Positions 1-14,270 of a stretch of DNA of 64,000 nucleotides are shown here, piece after piece. The translations under genes and the position numbers were made by a program. The stretch is from Eledone cirrhosa (lineage: Eukaryota), in assembly GCA_964016885.1 (NCBI GenBank), contig OZ024740.1:332010001-332074000 (forward strand), written 5' to 3'. The notes beneath the pieces were generated by a model. That model worked only from the letters and a program-made list of their open reading frames with translations, had not been told where the DNA came from and searched no databases. Every line of letters starts with the position of its first letter. Position 1 is the first letter of the stretch.

Positions 1-74
1 ACAAGATGTTTTCATAGTTAGGCAGCGTGTTCGCGAGAATTCCTATGCTTACTTGGAGTAATTATAGTGAAAAT

Positions 75-232
75 TTGAGGATTTGATCAGAGGTAAATAA
101 TGTAATGGAGATCGAGTGACGCAACTTCGAGCGATTAGCATTCCAGACTCACCTGATCAATGAAACAATTGTTGGACCTGAAATAAAGCCCCTTGTTTTA
201 CAGCCGACTATGTTACTCTTCAATCTTTCACT
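75..232 (+). repeat. Fragment of the repeat family also found at 60969-61110, with a putative long-helix-II hammerhead remnant
   Basis: 83-232 aligns by eye with 60977-61110, and 1-81 with 60497-60581. TTGATCAG (83-90) pairs with CTGATCAA (153-160), followed by T-GAAA-CAATTG-TT. Confidence 0.55.
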
Positions 233-255
233 ATATATATATATACCCACACACA

Positions 256-362
<107 letters not shown>

Positions 363-779
363 GTAGGGAAATGGAAAATCTCGGTGTTTGGAAGCTGTTA
401 AAACAGCAAAATATCGTCGAAGCGGCGCTGGGTGAAATATTACCTCGAACGACAGAGATCAGCGGCTCGATGTGGGTTGACGAAGAAGAGAAGAGAAGAT
501 AAGAAGGAAGAAATAGAACGGATGAATGAGAACAGGTCACAAACATTAAATATGCTCTTCAGATCTTAACCTATTGCAGTTTCGACGAATTAATGAGATT
601 ACTGCGAAGAATAGGAGGCTCGGAACGGAGAAATAAATATCTTGTTTATTTAATGTTTGCGTTGGCACATGTTAGAGAGAGAGAGAAAGATGCAGTGCGT
701 CCAATAAACCTCAAGTAGTCGCGAGAAAGGAAGAATAGTGGCGTCGTAAGGAAATCTGACCTGTAGAAGGCAGAGGAGG

Positions 780-908
780 GAAGGGAGAATGTAACAGTGG
801 GAGGGAGAGGGAAGGGAGAAAGTAACAGTGAGAGGGACAGAGAAGGGAGAAAGTAACAGTGGGAAGGAGAGGGGGAAAGATAAGGAACAGTGAGAGGGAA
901 GGGAGAGA
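780..908 (+). repeat. Purine-rich minisatellite, about 4 copies of a ~31-bp unit
   Basis: Repeated GAAGGGAGAAAGTAACAGTG(G/A)GAGGG. Confidence 0.75.
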
Positions 909-1063
909 AAGAAAGAATGAAAGCACGGGGGACGGAGGAAGAGGGACGAAAAGACAACTCAGCTTAGGCATGATAACAAATCCCGGATTTCTTATGATTT
1001 TCTGTCAATCCACGACGTTTGAAGGAAACTCGCTTGACGGAATCCGTAACATTATTTGTATTT

Positions 1064-1240
1064 GGGCGGTGGATTGGCAGTATCGGTAGAGGGTCGGACG
1101 CCATCCTTTCCAGCATAGTTACGCCCCTTTACGATCTGAGTTCAAATCTCGCCTTTCATCCTTACAGGGTCGATAAAATAAAGTACCAGTAATGCACTGG
1201 ATAATTGCTGGCCTTGTGCCTAAAGTAGAAACAATTATTT
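1064..1240 (+). mobile_element. tRNA-derived SINE (internally deleted copy)
   Basis: A-box-like TGGCAGTATCGG, B-box GAGTTCAAATC, central GCCTTTCATCCTTAC..GGTCGATAAAATAAAGTACCAG, (ATT)n tail. More than 10 copies in the window. Confidence 0.85.
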
Positions 1241-1637
1241 GTATTTGTAATTCCATCTTAGTTACTCATTGTGACCTGCCCATTATAGACGGGAATTATG
1301 TTAAGAGAATGTATTTCCATAGTTTGCTGATTTATACATGTTAGTTTAATGTGTACATAGGAATATTTTAGGGAACAACTGGAATATTCATCGTCGAACC
1401 AGATAGAGCGCTATAACTCTCGTAGCATTTGAGAAACCTCAGCAATATTCGAGTGATTATTGTATGATTATATACTTAGCATTAGTGTTAGTACAATAGC
1501 AATAATTGTGATTTAGTTGTTCTTGTATTTGCTGTATATATGTTGTAGAATCCAAAAATAAGTTGTAAATGCAGTCGAGATAGTTTAGCTTCAATGTTTT
1601 TATATGTTTTCTAGCAAGCGTTGTGGTATTATAGTTG

Positions 1638-1824
1638 TAATAGTTTCGACTTTTGGCACAAAGCCAGCGAATACCCCAGTGCATCACTTGTACTTTATTT
1701 TATCGACCGCGTAAGGATGAAAGGCAAAGTTAACCTCGGCAGATTTGAACTCAGAACGCAAACGGCCATAACTATGCTGCAAACCATGGTGTCTGACGTT
1801 TTACCGATACTGCCAATCCACCGC
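1638..1824 (-). mobile_element. tRNA-derived SINE
   Basis: Reverse complement of the same SINE consensus. Confidence 0.85.
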
Positions 1825-3839
1825 AGTTGTAATAGTATTGGTAGATAGGCAGCAGTTGGGGTATATTTGGTATAGATAGTTTATTTCTAAACCTTTTTGC
1901 TAGATGGACAAATCACGAGTGTGGTATAAAGTGCATATGTGTGTATAACTATTTCGAAGTACTTTATGAAATACTATAATGGGGATAATCATTGTCGCTG
2001 CACGAAATTAACTAACTATTCAGAGGAATCCCTAAAAATAGAATAAAACCTGGATTAAGCAAAAGAAAACACATATACAAAAAAAATGAATGCCGAAACC
2101 TTATTTCTTTTAGAATATAGAATTGTAGAGCGTATGCGTCGTTGTCATATATACTGGACAGATAAATTGTTTGACTAAATTCCATCTTGAAAAATAATTT
2201 CACAATGACAATTAAAGAAGAACCAATTGTAGTAGTAGAGGTTATAGCTATTGTGTTTGTTGTTATTGTACTTCATATCGTTGTTCTTCTTAATGATACT
2301 GCTGTTTTTTCTAATTGGCCATCAGTAAGACCTGAATCTGGCCTATCTAATCACGAACTAATCACGATCGGAATCGGTAAAAAGAAATAACTAAATCTCT
2401 TAAAATATATCGTGAAAACTGAAATTTCCTTTCAATAGCAATGAAGAAGGAGCTTCGAAAAACGAGCACATCGTTATTTCTTTAAACTTGTCTGGCCCTC
2501 TGCCAATAAGGGAGTTTATATTCATCTTTAGATTTATTATAACAACAACCAGAACAAAATAACAAAAACAGAAGTAAGCACATTAAGGCAAATGTAGGGG
2601 ATTGTCGTACTGAGCCATATTAGGCGGGCCTTTATCGAAGTTCGATTTTGGGACAATATTTTACGTCACATTCTTTTCCGAATGTTATGGCTATAGTCGC
2701 CTCTTAGAACACAGAGACATATGAGGAACCTATTCTAAACCGGATTGAAGCAGACCTGCAAAACATGGGAGCTAAATTCTCCACAAATTAAACCCTACTG
2801 CCTTTTGAAAACGAAATGGTGCAATATGAAAGCATTCCTAGTCACACCTATATATGTGTCATTAATAGAATATCTTTGCGAAATGTCTGTTTTATCATGG
2901 CTAGTCAGAAACTAATGAAAAAACAACAAATACGTTATACCTTCTTCAATATTTACACTAATGTTTTTCTGCTGAGATCTCTCAAATTCATATTTTGGAA
3001 TTCTGATATGTCACTTGTTTCTTTTAGATATTATTTACCTTAAATATATATGTCTTCAGAGCTTTTCGTTTTCTCTGATTCCTATTTCATTATCTTCCTA
3101 ACACAATTATAACTCCGAAAATCTGCAACAGTTATTGAATGATTAATATCTTTTTTTCCAAAATAATATACAATGCATTTGATTAAAACACAATTTCTCA
3201 ACATATATTGTGATAGCATTTATATTCTCAAGACCTTTCAATCCACATAAGCAATATTTGAATCTAATATATAATAAAATTCGAGCTATAGATATTTAGC
3301 CAACCGGTATATTACACAAAAAAATATATACACAGTTTTCACATATGTACACATACACTTATGTAACACAATTTTCCATACATAATCAACCAAGCTCTTC
3401 TAAAATATGAAGCACCATATCTATGAACCACTAAGCAATCTTCTGTCACCCTCCTGAGTACAATATAAATGAAACACTCAACTATTTCTATAAATTGTTT
3501 GGCGTCTAAATATCTGATAAATTATCAGAAACTTAATTTCACTTGAGGGTGATGCTTAAATTCAGAACGAGTGCACACTTTTCCACACAGCAAAAGTGTG
3601 TTTCAATTTAGAATATTTTCAGCATATTTATATTTGGTAAAGTAATATATTATAATTGGCTCGACATTCCTAATATTTCCAGTTGTAGAAATAGATATAT
3701 CCAGATAATTTTCTCTCGGGATGTAAAGGATATAATGAAAAAACTGAGGAATACTTAGCATCCAAACACACACATCAACATACATACACATTCCCGCCTC
3801 ACACACGCATACATACACACACATACATACACACACACC

Positions 3840-3919
<80 letters not shown>

Positions 3920-4249
3920 CTTACATAGGCATACATACGCATAATAAATCGTAATTCTATACTCACATATGCGCCAGTTCACACATGCACAACTCTATCA
4001 ATATGTGTATGTATTATACCAAGAAACTGCACACCTCTCACAAATTAGGTTATACATGCATCACAACGTCACCGCTATTAGCATAGAAAATTACAGCATC
4101 AACATGTGGAAGAACGTCTCTGGTAGCGTGAAGCTAAACAACTACACGTACGCAAATGCTACTTTGCATACGGTTCCACAATGACGTGGTTCTACTGCCT
4201 AATAAAAACTCATAAGAACAAAAGAGACGTAACCCATCTAAGAGTAGGC

Positions 4250-4650
4250 TTGATCGTTATCAACATTAGATCCGCTCTGCGGATAATAGAAAACCTCATA
4301 GCCAGGAGTCCTCGACTCTGGAGATGGAAAGCGCCCCAACGGAATACCCTCTCATCTGGGATGCCTCATGTAGTGACACGTTCTTCGCCTACAATGTAGT
4401 CGCTTCAGCTACAAACTCTGGTACTGTGGTCTGCAATGCCGAGGACAGGAAGACAGGAAAAACCAGGACTGGTCCGGCAGTTTCCCCTTTCCACCGATCG
4501 CCGTCAAGACCTCAGCCGTCATCGGACCTGGACAGCTGACCTCCTCCGTAAAATCGGATCGATAGCAGTTCGTCTAATGAAGGAGCTATTTTGCCATTTT
4601 GTCTGCGGGGCACAGCCGAAACACAGTTCTAACCTAAGTGTAGAGTCTGC
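4250..4650 (+). mobile_element. Decayed CRE-clade non-LTR retrotransposon, restriction-like endonuclease region
   Basis: Frameshifted translation gives DSGDGKRPNG / PLIWDASCSDTF..AEDRK / PPIAVKTSAVIGP / DLLRKIG, resembling the DGKRPDG..WDAT..ETxG motifs of CRE C-termini. Confidence 0.7.
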
Positions 4651-5967
4651 CAACTCATCCCCCATCCCCCTTTTTTTCTTCCTTTGTCAAATATTTTTTG
4701 CACTTCTCCTTTTTATCTCATTTATAGTCCTTTCCAATGCTGGTTTCTTTTTATTGTATGCTTGACCAATTTATAATTAGGATAAATAAATACGGAATTT
4801 TAAAAAGATAGGGCTATATTTCTCGGTCATGAATAGCGCTCAATTATGCAATGAATCTTTACCGTTGGATCTGATATTATGATATAGCAAGAAGTCGAAG
4901 TGGCGTAATGCGTTATATAAAGGCAGGCCTATTACTCCATAGAAGTGTAGAATAAAATAAACATATTTGAGGATAAATAATTCATATATAAACAAATCTT
5001 TACTAATATTTCATGTTTGAGTTAATAACCCATGTCATCATTTTGTAACAGAAGACCAGGTACCTTCCACAGGTATAAACCGTTAAACATATTAAGTAGC
5101 TACAGGTATGCATATGGTTATGCGCATCGATTGATAGTTCTAAATGTCACCACACCTTATAATACTTCGAGTCAGAAATCACTCGTTTCTCAATATGACC
5201 AAATCATTAATAACTTATAATATATGTTAATATCATGAAGGAATAGAAATCAGTGGGAGAAACAACATTAAAAAATATTACAATTTGTTTTAGTAAAGGA
5301 ATATCGAAATGTTTCAGTGACTGACTTGAATTCAAAAGAAAAGAGAAGTGTAATCCTAGAAAGAAATTAGGATTGTAGGATAATAGGAATGTACTGTTAA
5401 GAGTATAGTGAACGAAATATGTGACAAATCAAAAAGCAACGAAATATAATATATGTTAAGAGAGATAAATGCACTACTTATATGCCTTTCCAAGCATTTA
5501 GTAGATACTTGTTAAATCGGGGGCATTTCTTATATTATTCTGATCTGGTATATAGATAATTCAAGGAATTGTAGATATTATTGAATATTAGTTTCTTTAC
5601 AATGCACCATTTTGTCCCATTGATATATGTCTTGGAATACTACCGAATGTTCTATTTGATTTATAATCAATATCAATTTTCATAAATCCCAATTTTAATT
5701 CGATAACATTATTCTATTATAATTTTTTCTGTAGTGAATGAGTGATGTGTCATTGAATACCATTGTTTCCATGTCAAGAATATAGTGTTTACGCGATGTG
5801 GTTGAGTAGAATCAATTTCATTCTCATATATTATCGGTTCTGCATTGCCTGACTGATTGAGTGGACCTGAATCTATTTTTTGGTTGTCTTGATAGCCTTT
5901 CTCCCTCATTCTCTCATTGTATATGCGTGCGTGCGTGTGTATGCGCATATACATACATATCTACATC

Positions 5968-6064
<97 letters not shown>

Positions 6065-9000
6065 TATACATACTATAACTATATATTCTATACAGTCTCT
6101 GAACATACACGAGATATGAACGAAAATTAAGAGAGATAAAAATCTAAAATGGCAATAATTTATTGTTTTCCTTCGAGCAGTGAAGAGAAACTGTTTGATC
6201 AATATGATATTTGTTAATATGTAATATTCCATCAGCGTGTTATATTTCACAAAGCAACTGTCATAAAAATTATATATAGCAAGTTTTGTTCTTATCGACT
6301 CAACAGTTCTATTATTTTGCTGGATGCCTAATTAAATTGAACTTTCTCTGCATTTGGGCCGAATGAATTATTTTTCTCTTTTTTTCAATTAGATCTAAAT
6401 GCTTTTGCACACAAATTATCTAATGCGATATACAGAGAAATAAATTGAATTAATAAACGGTTATCCAAACTAATTTGTAAATGAAAACAAACCTAGACCA
6501 TTATTCATCGTTAAGATTCGATGGTTCGTTTAACTATAGATGATAGCTCAGAAATATATATATTGAAGCCTCATTTTATATAGTTGTCTTTTCAATTAAT
6601 CTTGTATTCTAGGCACGTCGCGGATGTGTCATATTTTTCATTTAAGAACTCACATAAAATGTTATAATTTTGCTGGAATTTTCTCAGGGACTATAACGAA
6701 GAAATGCGATGAAGTTTTCTGGTGCTTCCTGAGAATATGAATGTATGAGTGTGTCAAAATATGACCACGAAGTAATTTGATTTATTATATTAGACATGAT
6801 AATATATAGAAGAGAAAAATAGAATGATTAAGTAATATTTCGAGCACAACACAGTTCATATTAAAACTATATATAACGTTATTATAACTAAAGATTTAAA
6901 ATATAAGCCTCAGTGTAATAATGAACAAATATGCATACACTTTCTTTTATTAAAAGAAATCATTGTGATTGATTTTTTAAGAATGACATCCAGTTGGTTG
7001 TTGGTTATGAGGCAAATACTATGGAAGAATTAAGTGCATTTGTCATCTAATCAGCAGCCAGATTGCTATGATACACGTAAATGTAATCCCTATGTTTTTA
7101 ACGTACAACAATAAGAATACAATGTACTTATATATGCTGCTTTTTACAGCGACAATATAATAATCATGCAACCATGTATTATGAGGTGGGAAAGTATTCA
7201 AGTAAATCTTCATCCCGTACTTGATTAGTGCTTTATTGATCAACTCACGGATAAAAGATATAATCGCCCTCAGGAGTACTTGAACTTTACGTGTAAAGGT
7301 ATGTCACTAAATACTTTATTATAACAAAAGCTCTAACGAATCTGCTAACCATCACCTCTTTAATGTTAACATAAATAAGAAAATTAAATTGAATTACAGG
7401 AAGTTTCCAGAACGTTGAATGCAAATAAGTACAGTTCTAATATTTTCTATTGAGTTAAAAGATAATTTCTGCAATAACATATGGTTCAGTATATACATGC
7501 TAATAATATTATTTGTGGCTGTTGAACATTTGATGTAAAGTTGGAATAGAAATCTTAGTAACATTAAGTAAGTATATGATTATTCTGGCGAAATATCTTT
7601 TACATATGACAGTTCTGCTATAGTGATCTAAATGAACTAGAAGTTTTAAGTGCAGTAGTATTATAAATACTTAAGTAAAGTTTAAAACTGATCATTGAGG
7701 ATTTGCTTGACTAACATTTCCGTTTGATCACAAAGTCTTTGAAGAAGAAGTCTAAATCTATTTATCGATGTTTCATTGAAAGGAATAAAACAAGTATAAA
7801 TGATAATTTATGTGTAGAACAATTTGAAAAACTATTGATTTATTATTTACAGATATAAGGAATAATTTAAACAAGTAAGTATGTATGTGGCTGTGTGCAT
7901 GTGTGTAAACGTGGTTGTGTGTCTGGTAAAAATGACCTCAACATACGAGATTCAACAACAGAAAGATAAACTGTGCTGAACCTAATTAATAAGTCCTATT
8001 ACTTGATTTGATGCTTAAATCCCGCTGACTAGATTTTGTTTTATTATATGAAGCATACGAATATGATTTATACGCACACACAAACATATTTGTGACCATA
8101 TTACATTAATGTAATCAGATAGAATTGTTTTCTGTGTTGATACAATTGTATGGCTAGATTTCACTCTATAGCCACACTTATACAATGCACTACATTTATT
8201 TAGAGAGTCTCCATAAAGAAATAAGAGAAAAATCCAAATTAAAATTACTCTAAGAATTGGAATGCATAAATCTACTATACAATCTAAAAACGTATTCATA
8301 AAATTATTTGTTTCACCAAACATAATTCATTCAGTGGTATTATTTACATTCTTTGTAATTGGAAAATAATGAAATCATACAGGATGACATAGGGTCGAAA
8401 TTGAGCCGAATATAAATATAACTAGGTAGTTAGTATTGTAACTTCTACTGATATTGCATATATATTCATTTGATATTCTAGATTGTGACTATATTAGCAC
8501 TCATATATTTCTATTGGAATTTCCTGACATCCCTAATAAAATTAGAACGACGAGAAATATGACAAACAAAGAAAAGTATAAAATGGTATAACATTAATCT
8601 AATGTCATAACATCTCCAATTACATGTTATTTTATTGTAGAGCACCTATTAGAATTCATATTTCAATAGTCTTTTCATAGTAATATTACAGTACATTTTT
8701 ATTACCATAGTTTATTGTTCCCATCGTATGTATCAGTTACCATTACTTTTCCTCACACACGAATAATCTAAATAGTGCAATAAATAAAAGTTAATTAGAA
8801 AGATAGTGCAGACCATTGGAGTGAAAAATAACTCTGGATCTCTTCATGTAACTAAAAGTTACCACTGTCTCCAGCGAAATATACCAGTGGAGAGACGGTT
8901 ACAATGCAATTTGAAAAGAGGAATTATATTCAAACATTTAAATCTAAGAAATTATTACATTGCTAGACATATTCAAACTTTAGTAAGACTACATACAATA

Positions 9001-10849
9001 TATGTGTATGGCAAAATGATTGCAAATCATCAAAAATATTGCATCAGAGCACAGGCAATCACTGATGTAATTCTAATAACTGGATGTAATTTTTTTATGT
9101 TACACTGTTAATATATTCAGTTGTATATGGTAAAATATGTTTGTTTATAATAAAGATGCGTTAAATCTAGAAGTGTTTTAAGCAGTGAATATGTTACATC
9201 ATCCACACCATCCTTAAAGTGTGATAGATGCTTGCATTTCTCTCTCGTATGAGTTCGTCAGAAGTCGCCTACTTACGCCAAGTACCCATAGCCTAAATGT
9301 TCACAGCATGAATAAATGCTAGAAAACATCTATACGTCACTAATCGTGCCTTAACCTCAGGATTTGGGGGTCAGTAAGCTAGTGTTGACGATTTGTAATA
9401 AAAATGAAATCCATGCTACAACGTTCTTACGTTGATATTGAGGTAGCTGGGACTTGGTCACGGAATAAAATTTGTTTCACGGTAAGACTATATGCATATG
9501 TATTATACGTAAATATACTGTACAGCTGAATCACAATGTATTATTGTTTTCGTTAAATGCTTCACTAAACTCATCTAAATGGTAATCCAAAATAGAACTT
9601 TTAACAAGGTAGACAGTATAGCAAATTACCATCGCGTTTGAAAAGATCAAATTTTTCAGAGTATTAACTTCAACCCCATATGTTGTCATTAGAAGAATTA
9701 TTTGGGAATTGCGGTGTAGATATATATTACAAGTTCTTTTTTTTTTTTTTGTTCATCTCAAAAGTATTGGTTAACTGTCTAAAAATATAATATTACCAAT
9801 GACTCTTCTGAAATATTAAGATGTTTTTTCGTGAAACCTTTCATTATTATACGGACCAATCAGTACTGAGAGGAAGATTACCCGAGTTTTTAAACTGTAT
9901 GCCTTATTAAACTGATTCCAACATTAAGTGTTATTTATGTGAATATATAATAGGGTGATCACAAGAGTAACCAAGTCACATACTATTAAATTTTCGTACC
10001 GTATAATAATAGATTTACATCGCATGTTCTATATATTACAACTTAACACTTGAACATTTCTCCCATTTCAAATTATCGTCTGCTATTTCGTTTCGGCTAT
10101 GATATCCCGTACGATTCAGCATCAGTCGTATCATTTGAACGGATTTCACTTTGCCATCATTAAAGTGTCAATCACAAAAGAAGGAACCGTTTTCAATTTT
10201 CCGTATGTTTACTTTTTCATTAATAACATGCTGAACGATAAAATAATAAAAATAATGTGCTCAATACTATTTATTTGATCTAAGTGTATATGTAATTCAG
10301 TATTCCTTTGACAGTGAAGTTAATATATCTTAATTATTTATTGCGATAAATTGGTCTCACCACCGTTTAGAAGTTTCTTACAGAGAATGTCCTTCTAAAC
10401 TTAATTCGTGTTTGCGGCAATGAGATTGCCAAAGAAGAAAATTAGATTTAAAAGGTAGTCTTTGACAACATGTCATTCATGTAACGAACTAAACGTATTT
10501 TCCACGATGGATCATTTTTTTAATGGAAAAAATCACTGTTAAGAAAATGAAATCCATTTATTTCATTCTGACTTACCTGTCAAAATGTCTTTAGCATATG
10601 ACTGAAACGAAATTAACTAAAGTTGATAGAAAAGTTTTAGCATGTCTTTACTTTCCATGCAAATATTTCAATACTAATTCACAAAATATGGTTGGCTGTG
10701 GTACCAGCTGGTAGTTTAACATACACTGACAAGGGGAATACCCTATCATTTTTAAGTGAATTGACCAAGCAGTGTATCGATTAATATAATTTTGGAAAGG
10801 AATGTATATATATATATATATATATATACATATATACATATATATACAT

Positions 10850-10985
<136 letters not shown>

Positions 10986-11664
10986 CAGTTCTGTTTTTCT
11001 TATCGTTGCACACACTTCATGCGATGCCACCAAAAATATTTATTTTCTGTTGCCCGAGCTGACACAAAAGAATGTGCAGTCCTCTAAAATAATATGTGTG
11101 AAACGGCAAGCCAGTATGTGAGCTGACGAGGTCAGATGGGCCTGGGGTTTTGTATTGTTTATAACTATAATCTCGCCTCTTATTGTAAACCTGGTTTCCA
11201 TTTGTCTTCCTTTCTTCTTATCAGCTCTACATGGCATCACAAAGTTACTTTTCTCTTCACCGAACACTGGTCACCAATTTCTGTCCATATTGGCATTTTT
11301 CCCCGAGTTTCACGCTATTGTCATTGACAGCATTTAGCTGTTTTGAGACCTATTCCTTGCATTCATTTTTTCAAAATACCTCTATGAATTTCAAATACAC
11401 TCACGCTTGGATATTTAAATACAGTATGCATACACTGTAAGTATCCATATATATATATATAAATATATACAGATTAGAGCAAACATCACGGGCGCTCTAT
11501 CTCAAAATTATTTTTGAAAAGCATTAGAAATGCGCAACCGGTAAAAAGTTAAAACTAAAACTGAATACTAACCAATGCTTATTACTAATTTATACTTATT
11601 CCTAATTAAACTATTTTTCACTGAGAAAATATTCCCAGCATTTTCTTTTCCTTTTACTAATATA

Positions 11665-11738
<74 letters not shown>

Positions 11739-11764
11739 TTGCGAGGTTTTGATATGAGATCGTG

Positions 11765-12220
11765 TAACAAAACAAATATTGTTATACAGAAATAATAACA
11801 GAACACGCTCACTGTTTGGTTGGTTTTCGCTTCTGCATCTTTTATATCTCCTTATTTAATTCATTTGGCCATCAACGTTTGTCATTGACTGAACAACGAA
11901 GACAACAATAAATATATAAATAAATAAATAAAATAAAAATGCCGTAAACACAACACAATATAAGGAAGCATGATAATAGTATCACTGATGATGTTGCAGA
12001 TGTGCAACGAAAGAACTTTGTTAGACTATATATGTATATATATATATATATATATATACATATATATATCTGTATTTTTGACCGTTGGTCAGTCAATGAT
12101 AAACATTGATGGCCAAATGAATTAACTATGCAGATATAAAAGATGCAGAAGCGAAAACCAAACAAACAGCGAGTGTGTTCTGTTATTATTTCTGACAATA
12201 GTATTACAAAATTATGACCC
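11765..12220 (+). mobile_element. Non-coding fold-back element (PLE terminal-repeat relic with an inverted copy of its 3' end)
   Basis: About 110-bp inverted arms (11785-11897 vs 12083-12195), HHR motif in the spacer, 3' end abuts (TA)n. Confidence 0.65.
11978..12027 (+). ncRNA. Minimal type I hammerhead motif (PLE-type)
   Basis: CTGATGA-T-GTTGCA(GATG)TGCAAC-GAAA-G(AA)C-TT. Helix I is degenerate. Confidence 0.65.
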
Positions 12221-12255
12221 ATATATATATATATATAAATATATATATATATAAA

Positions 12256-12352
<97 letters not shown>

Positions 12353-12353
<1 letters not shown>

Positions 12354-12896
12354 TGGAAAAGAATGAAACGAAATTTCATTTCTCCCTCTTAGTAGGGCTG
12401 ATACCTAAATATAAGTATGTATACGTATGCACATCCGTTAATATGCATAAGGAAAGTATATACTTTCAGACGTTCAATCATCTGACAGAAAGGTATACGA
12501 TGCTGACGATAGCTAATAAGCTTGAAACTAGTACATCGTTCCTGTGGCAGTGTTGAACAAAAGGGCGACGATGGTTGCCGAGCACTGTACGGCGTAATTC
12601 GGGCTGTTTGTTTACAGAGAAGCCGAACATTATAATAAATGTTCGGTAAACCCATACGTACATATATATATATGTGTTCATGTATGTATATATGTACATA
12701 CTACTCTGCATTGGTACAAATATATGTATGTACGTATACATACTTATATTTAGGTATCAGCTGTACTAAGAGTGAGGAATGAAATTTCGTTTCATTCTTT
12801 TCATTCTTTTCCATTTATCGTTTTCGCTATACCCGGCCGACTAATTCACTCGATATGCCAATTAGGCTGCTCAGCGTAATTCGGGCTGTTTGTTTA
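12353..12896 (+). mobile_element. Dispersed monomer of the ~443-bp HHR repeat with a 5' inverted segment
   Basis: 12435-12875 equals one array unit. 12353-12434 is an inverted copy of about 12724-12814. Confidence 0.85.
12482..12550 (+). ncRNA. Type I hammerhead ribozyme (intact core)
   Basis: CGATG-CTGACGA-TAGC(TAATAA)GCTT-GAAA-C(TA)G-TA-CATCG. Predicted cleavage after 12533. Confidence 0.8.
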
Positions 12897-14186
12897 TAAC
12901 AAAAAACAAATCCTCCATTCCCTTATGCCAAACTCATGACTTCCAAATATCTGATCCACCGAAACTCAGCTGTATCGGACCACACCAAAATCAACATACT
13001 GATGTGGATTTGGTACGGGTGATGAGAAACGCGTCCCGCATGTGCAACCCCAAAGAACTAGAGAGACACATACAACACTTCATCCACCGTCTGCAGTTCT
13101 CTGGTTACAATCAGAGAGATAAAATTAGAGTATATAGAGGAGCCAGAACCAAATGGGAAAAAATGGTAAATAATGATACAAATGGTACTGCCCCTTGTAT
13201 AGGAGCAAATTTTGGAATAGAATAGAAAGAACTAGGAATAAGGTTAATAGAATAAACTCATGGTATGATAGTAATAAATACAAGAGTGTAATGTTTATCA
13301 ATACAACCCCTAGAGGTGAATTAGCTTACAAATTTAGAAGGGCCCTAGATAAACATAAACTCAATATTAAGATAGTAGAAAGACCAGGTACCGCCATAAA
13401 AACACTTATTAGCAATACATACCCTTTTCAAAGACCCCCCTGTATAGATAAGAAATGTATAATCTGTAAGCTAAGCTCCCATATTAACTGTAAAACTAGA
13501 AATGTAGTATATAGCATAAGATGTACTGAAGGACAATGTAGAGATAAGAATATAGTGTACATAGGTGAGACAGCTCGTAGTATAGGGGAACGGATAAATG
13601 AACACTGGCGAGAGCTTCAAGATAGTAAAGAATCATCTGTACTCCACCAACATACTAAAATAGAACATAAGGGTAAATTAGAGAACATAGAAATAAAAAT
13701 AGAATCTACACACAGAAAAGACGCAATGTTTAGACAAATCACAGAGGCAGTAAACATAAATGAATTACAACCAAAATTAAATAGAAAACATGAATGGAAC
13801 AGCAAATCACAACTTACAATTAAGGACAACATGAAAACACACACACACATAGAACAAACAAACAACCAGTAACATGTAAATAAACAAATAAATAAACAAA
13901 TATAAACACACACAGACACCCGGATGTAACACATGCGCAAACTAAACACACAACACACACAAACACAAGATGGCGTAGGACAGAACAAAGGAGAGGCACA
14001 AAAACAAAGAAAAGAATACCCAGTAACTGAAGAGGTCACAGAATGTGTCACGAAAGAACTTTGACAATATATGAACAATCGTCTGGTTGTGGAACCAAGC
14101 AACCAACCGGAAATTTATAAATTTAATTCATAATATATTCAAGTGAAAGCATGGTGCTTATTGGCAACATGACCCTCCCAAAGCAT

Positions 14187-14190
<4 letters not shown>
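12897..14190 (+). mobile_element. 5'-truncated Penelope-like element (RT thumb, GIY-YIG domain, 3' terminal repeat)
   Basis: Colinear with 21027-22469. Frameshifts near 12925-13000 and 13195. NVVYSIRC..VYIGETARSIGERINEH. Ends in (TA)n. Confidence 0.92.
14022..14066 (+). ncRNA. Degenerate PLE hammerhead motif
   Basis: CTGAAGA-G-GTCACA(GAATG)TGTCAC-GAAA-GAAC-TT, with mismatches in helices I and II. Confidence 0.55.

Positions 14191-14270
<80 letters not shown>

Noticed and set aside
1064-1150. tRNA gene
   Set aside because: The A/B boxes belong to SINE heads and there is no cloverleaf.
10577-10601. 25-nt micro-exon candidate on the minus strand (similar ones near 9277-9292, 7853-7874 and 53551-53641)
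   Set aside because: Splice-like signals occur by chance in AT-rich DNA and there is no protein evidence.
11122-11145. CTGACGA-GGTC..GGCC
   Set aside because: Lacks GAAA and helix III.
11566-11665. ~100-bp duplicate of 62805-62906
   Set aside because: Ordinary fragment of an unclassified interspersed repeat with no further signal.
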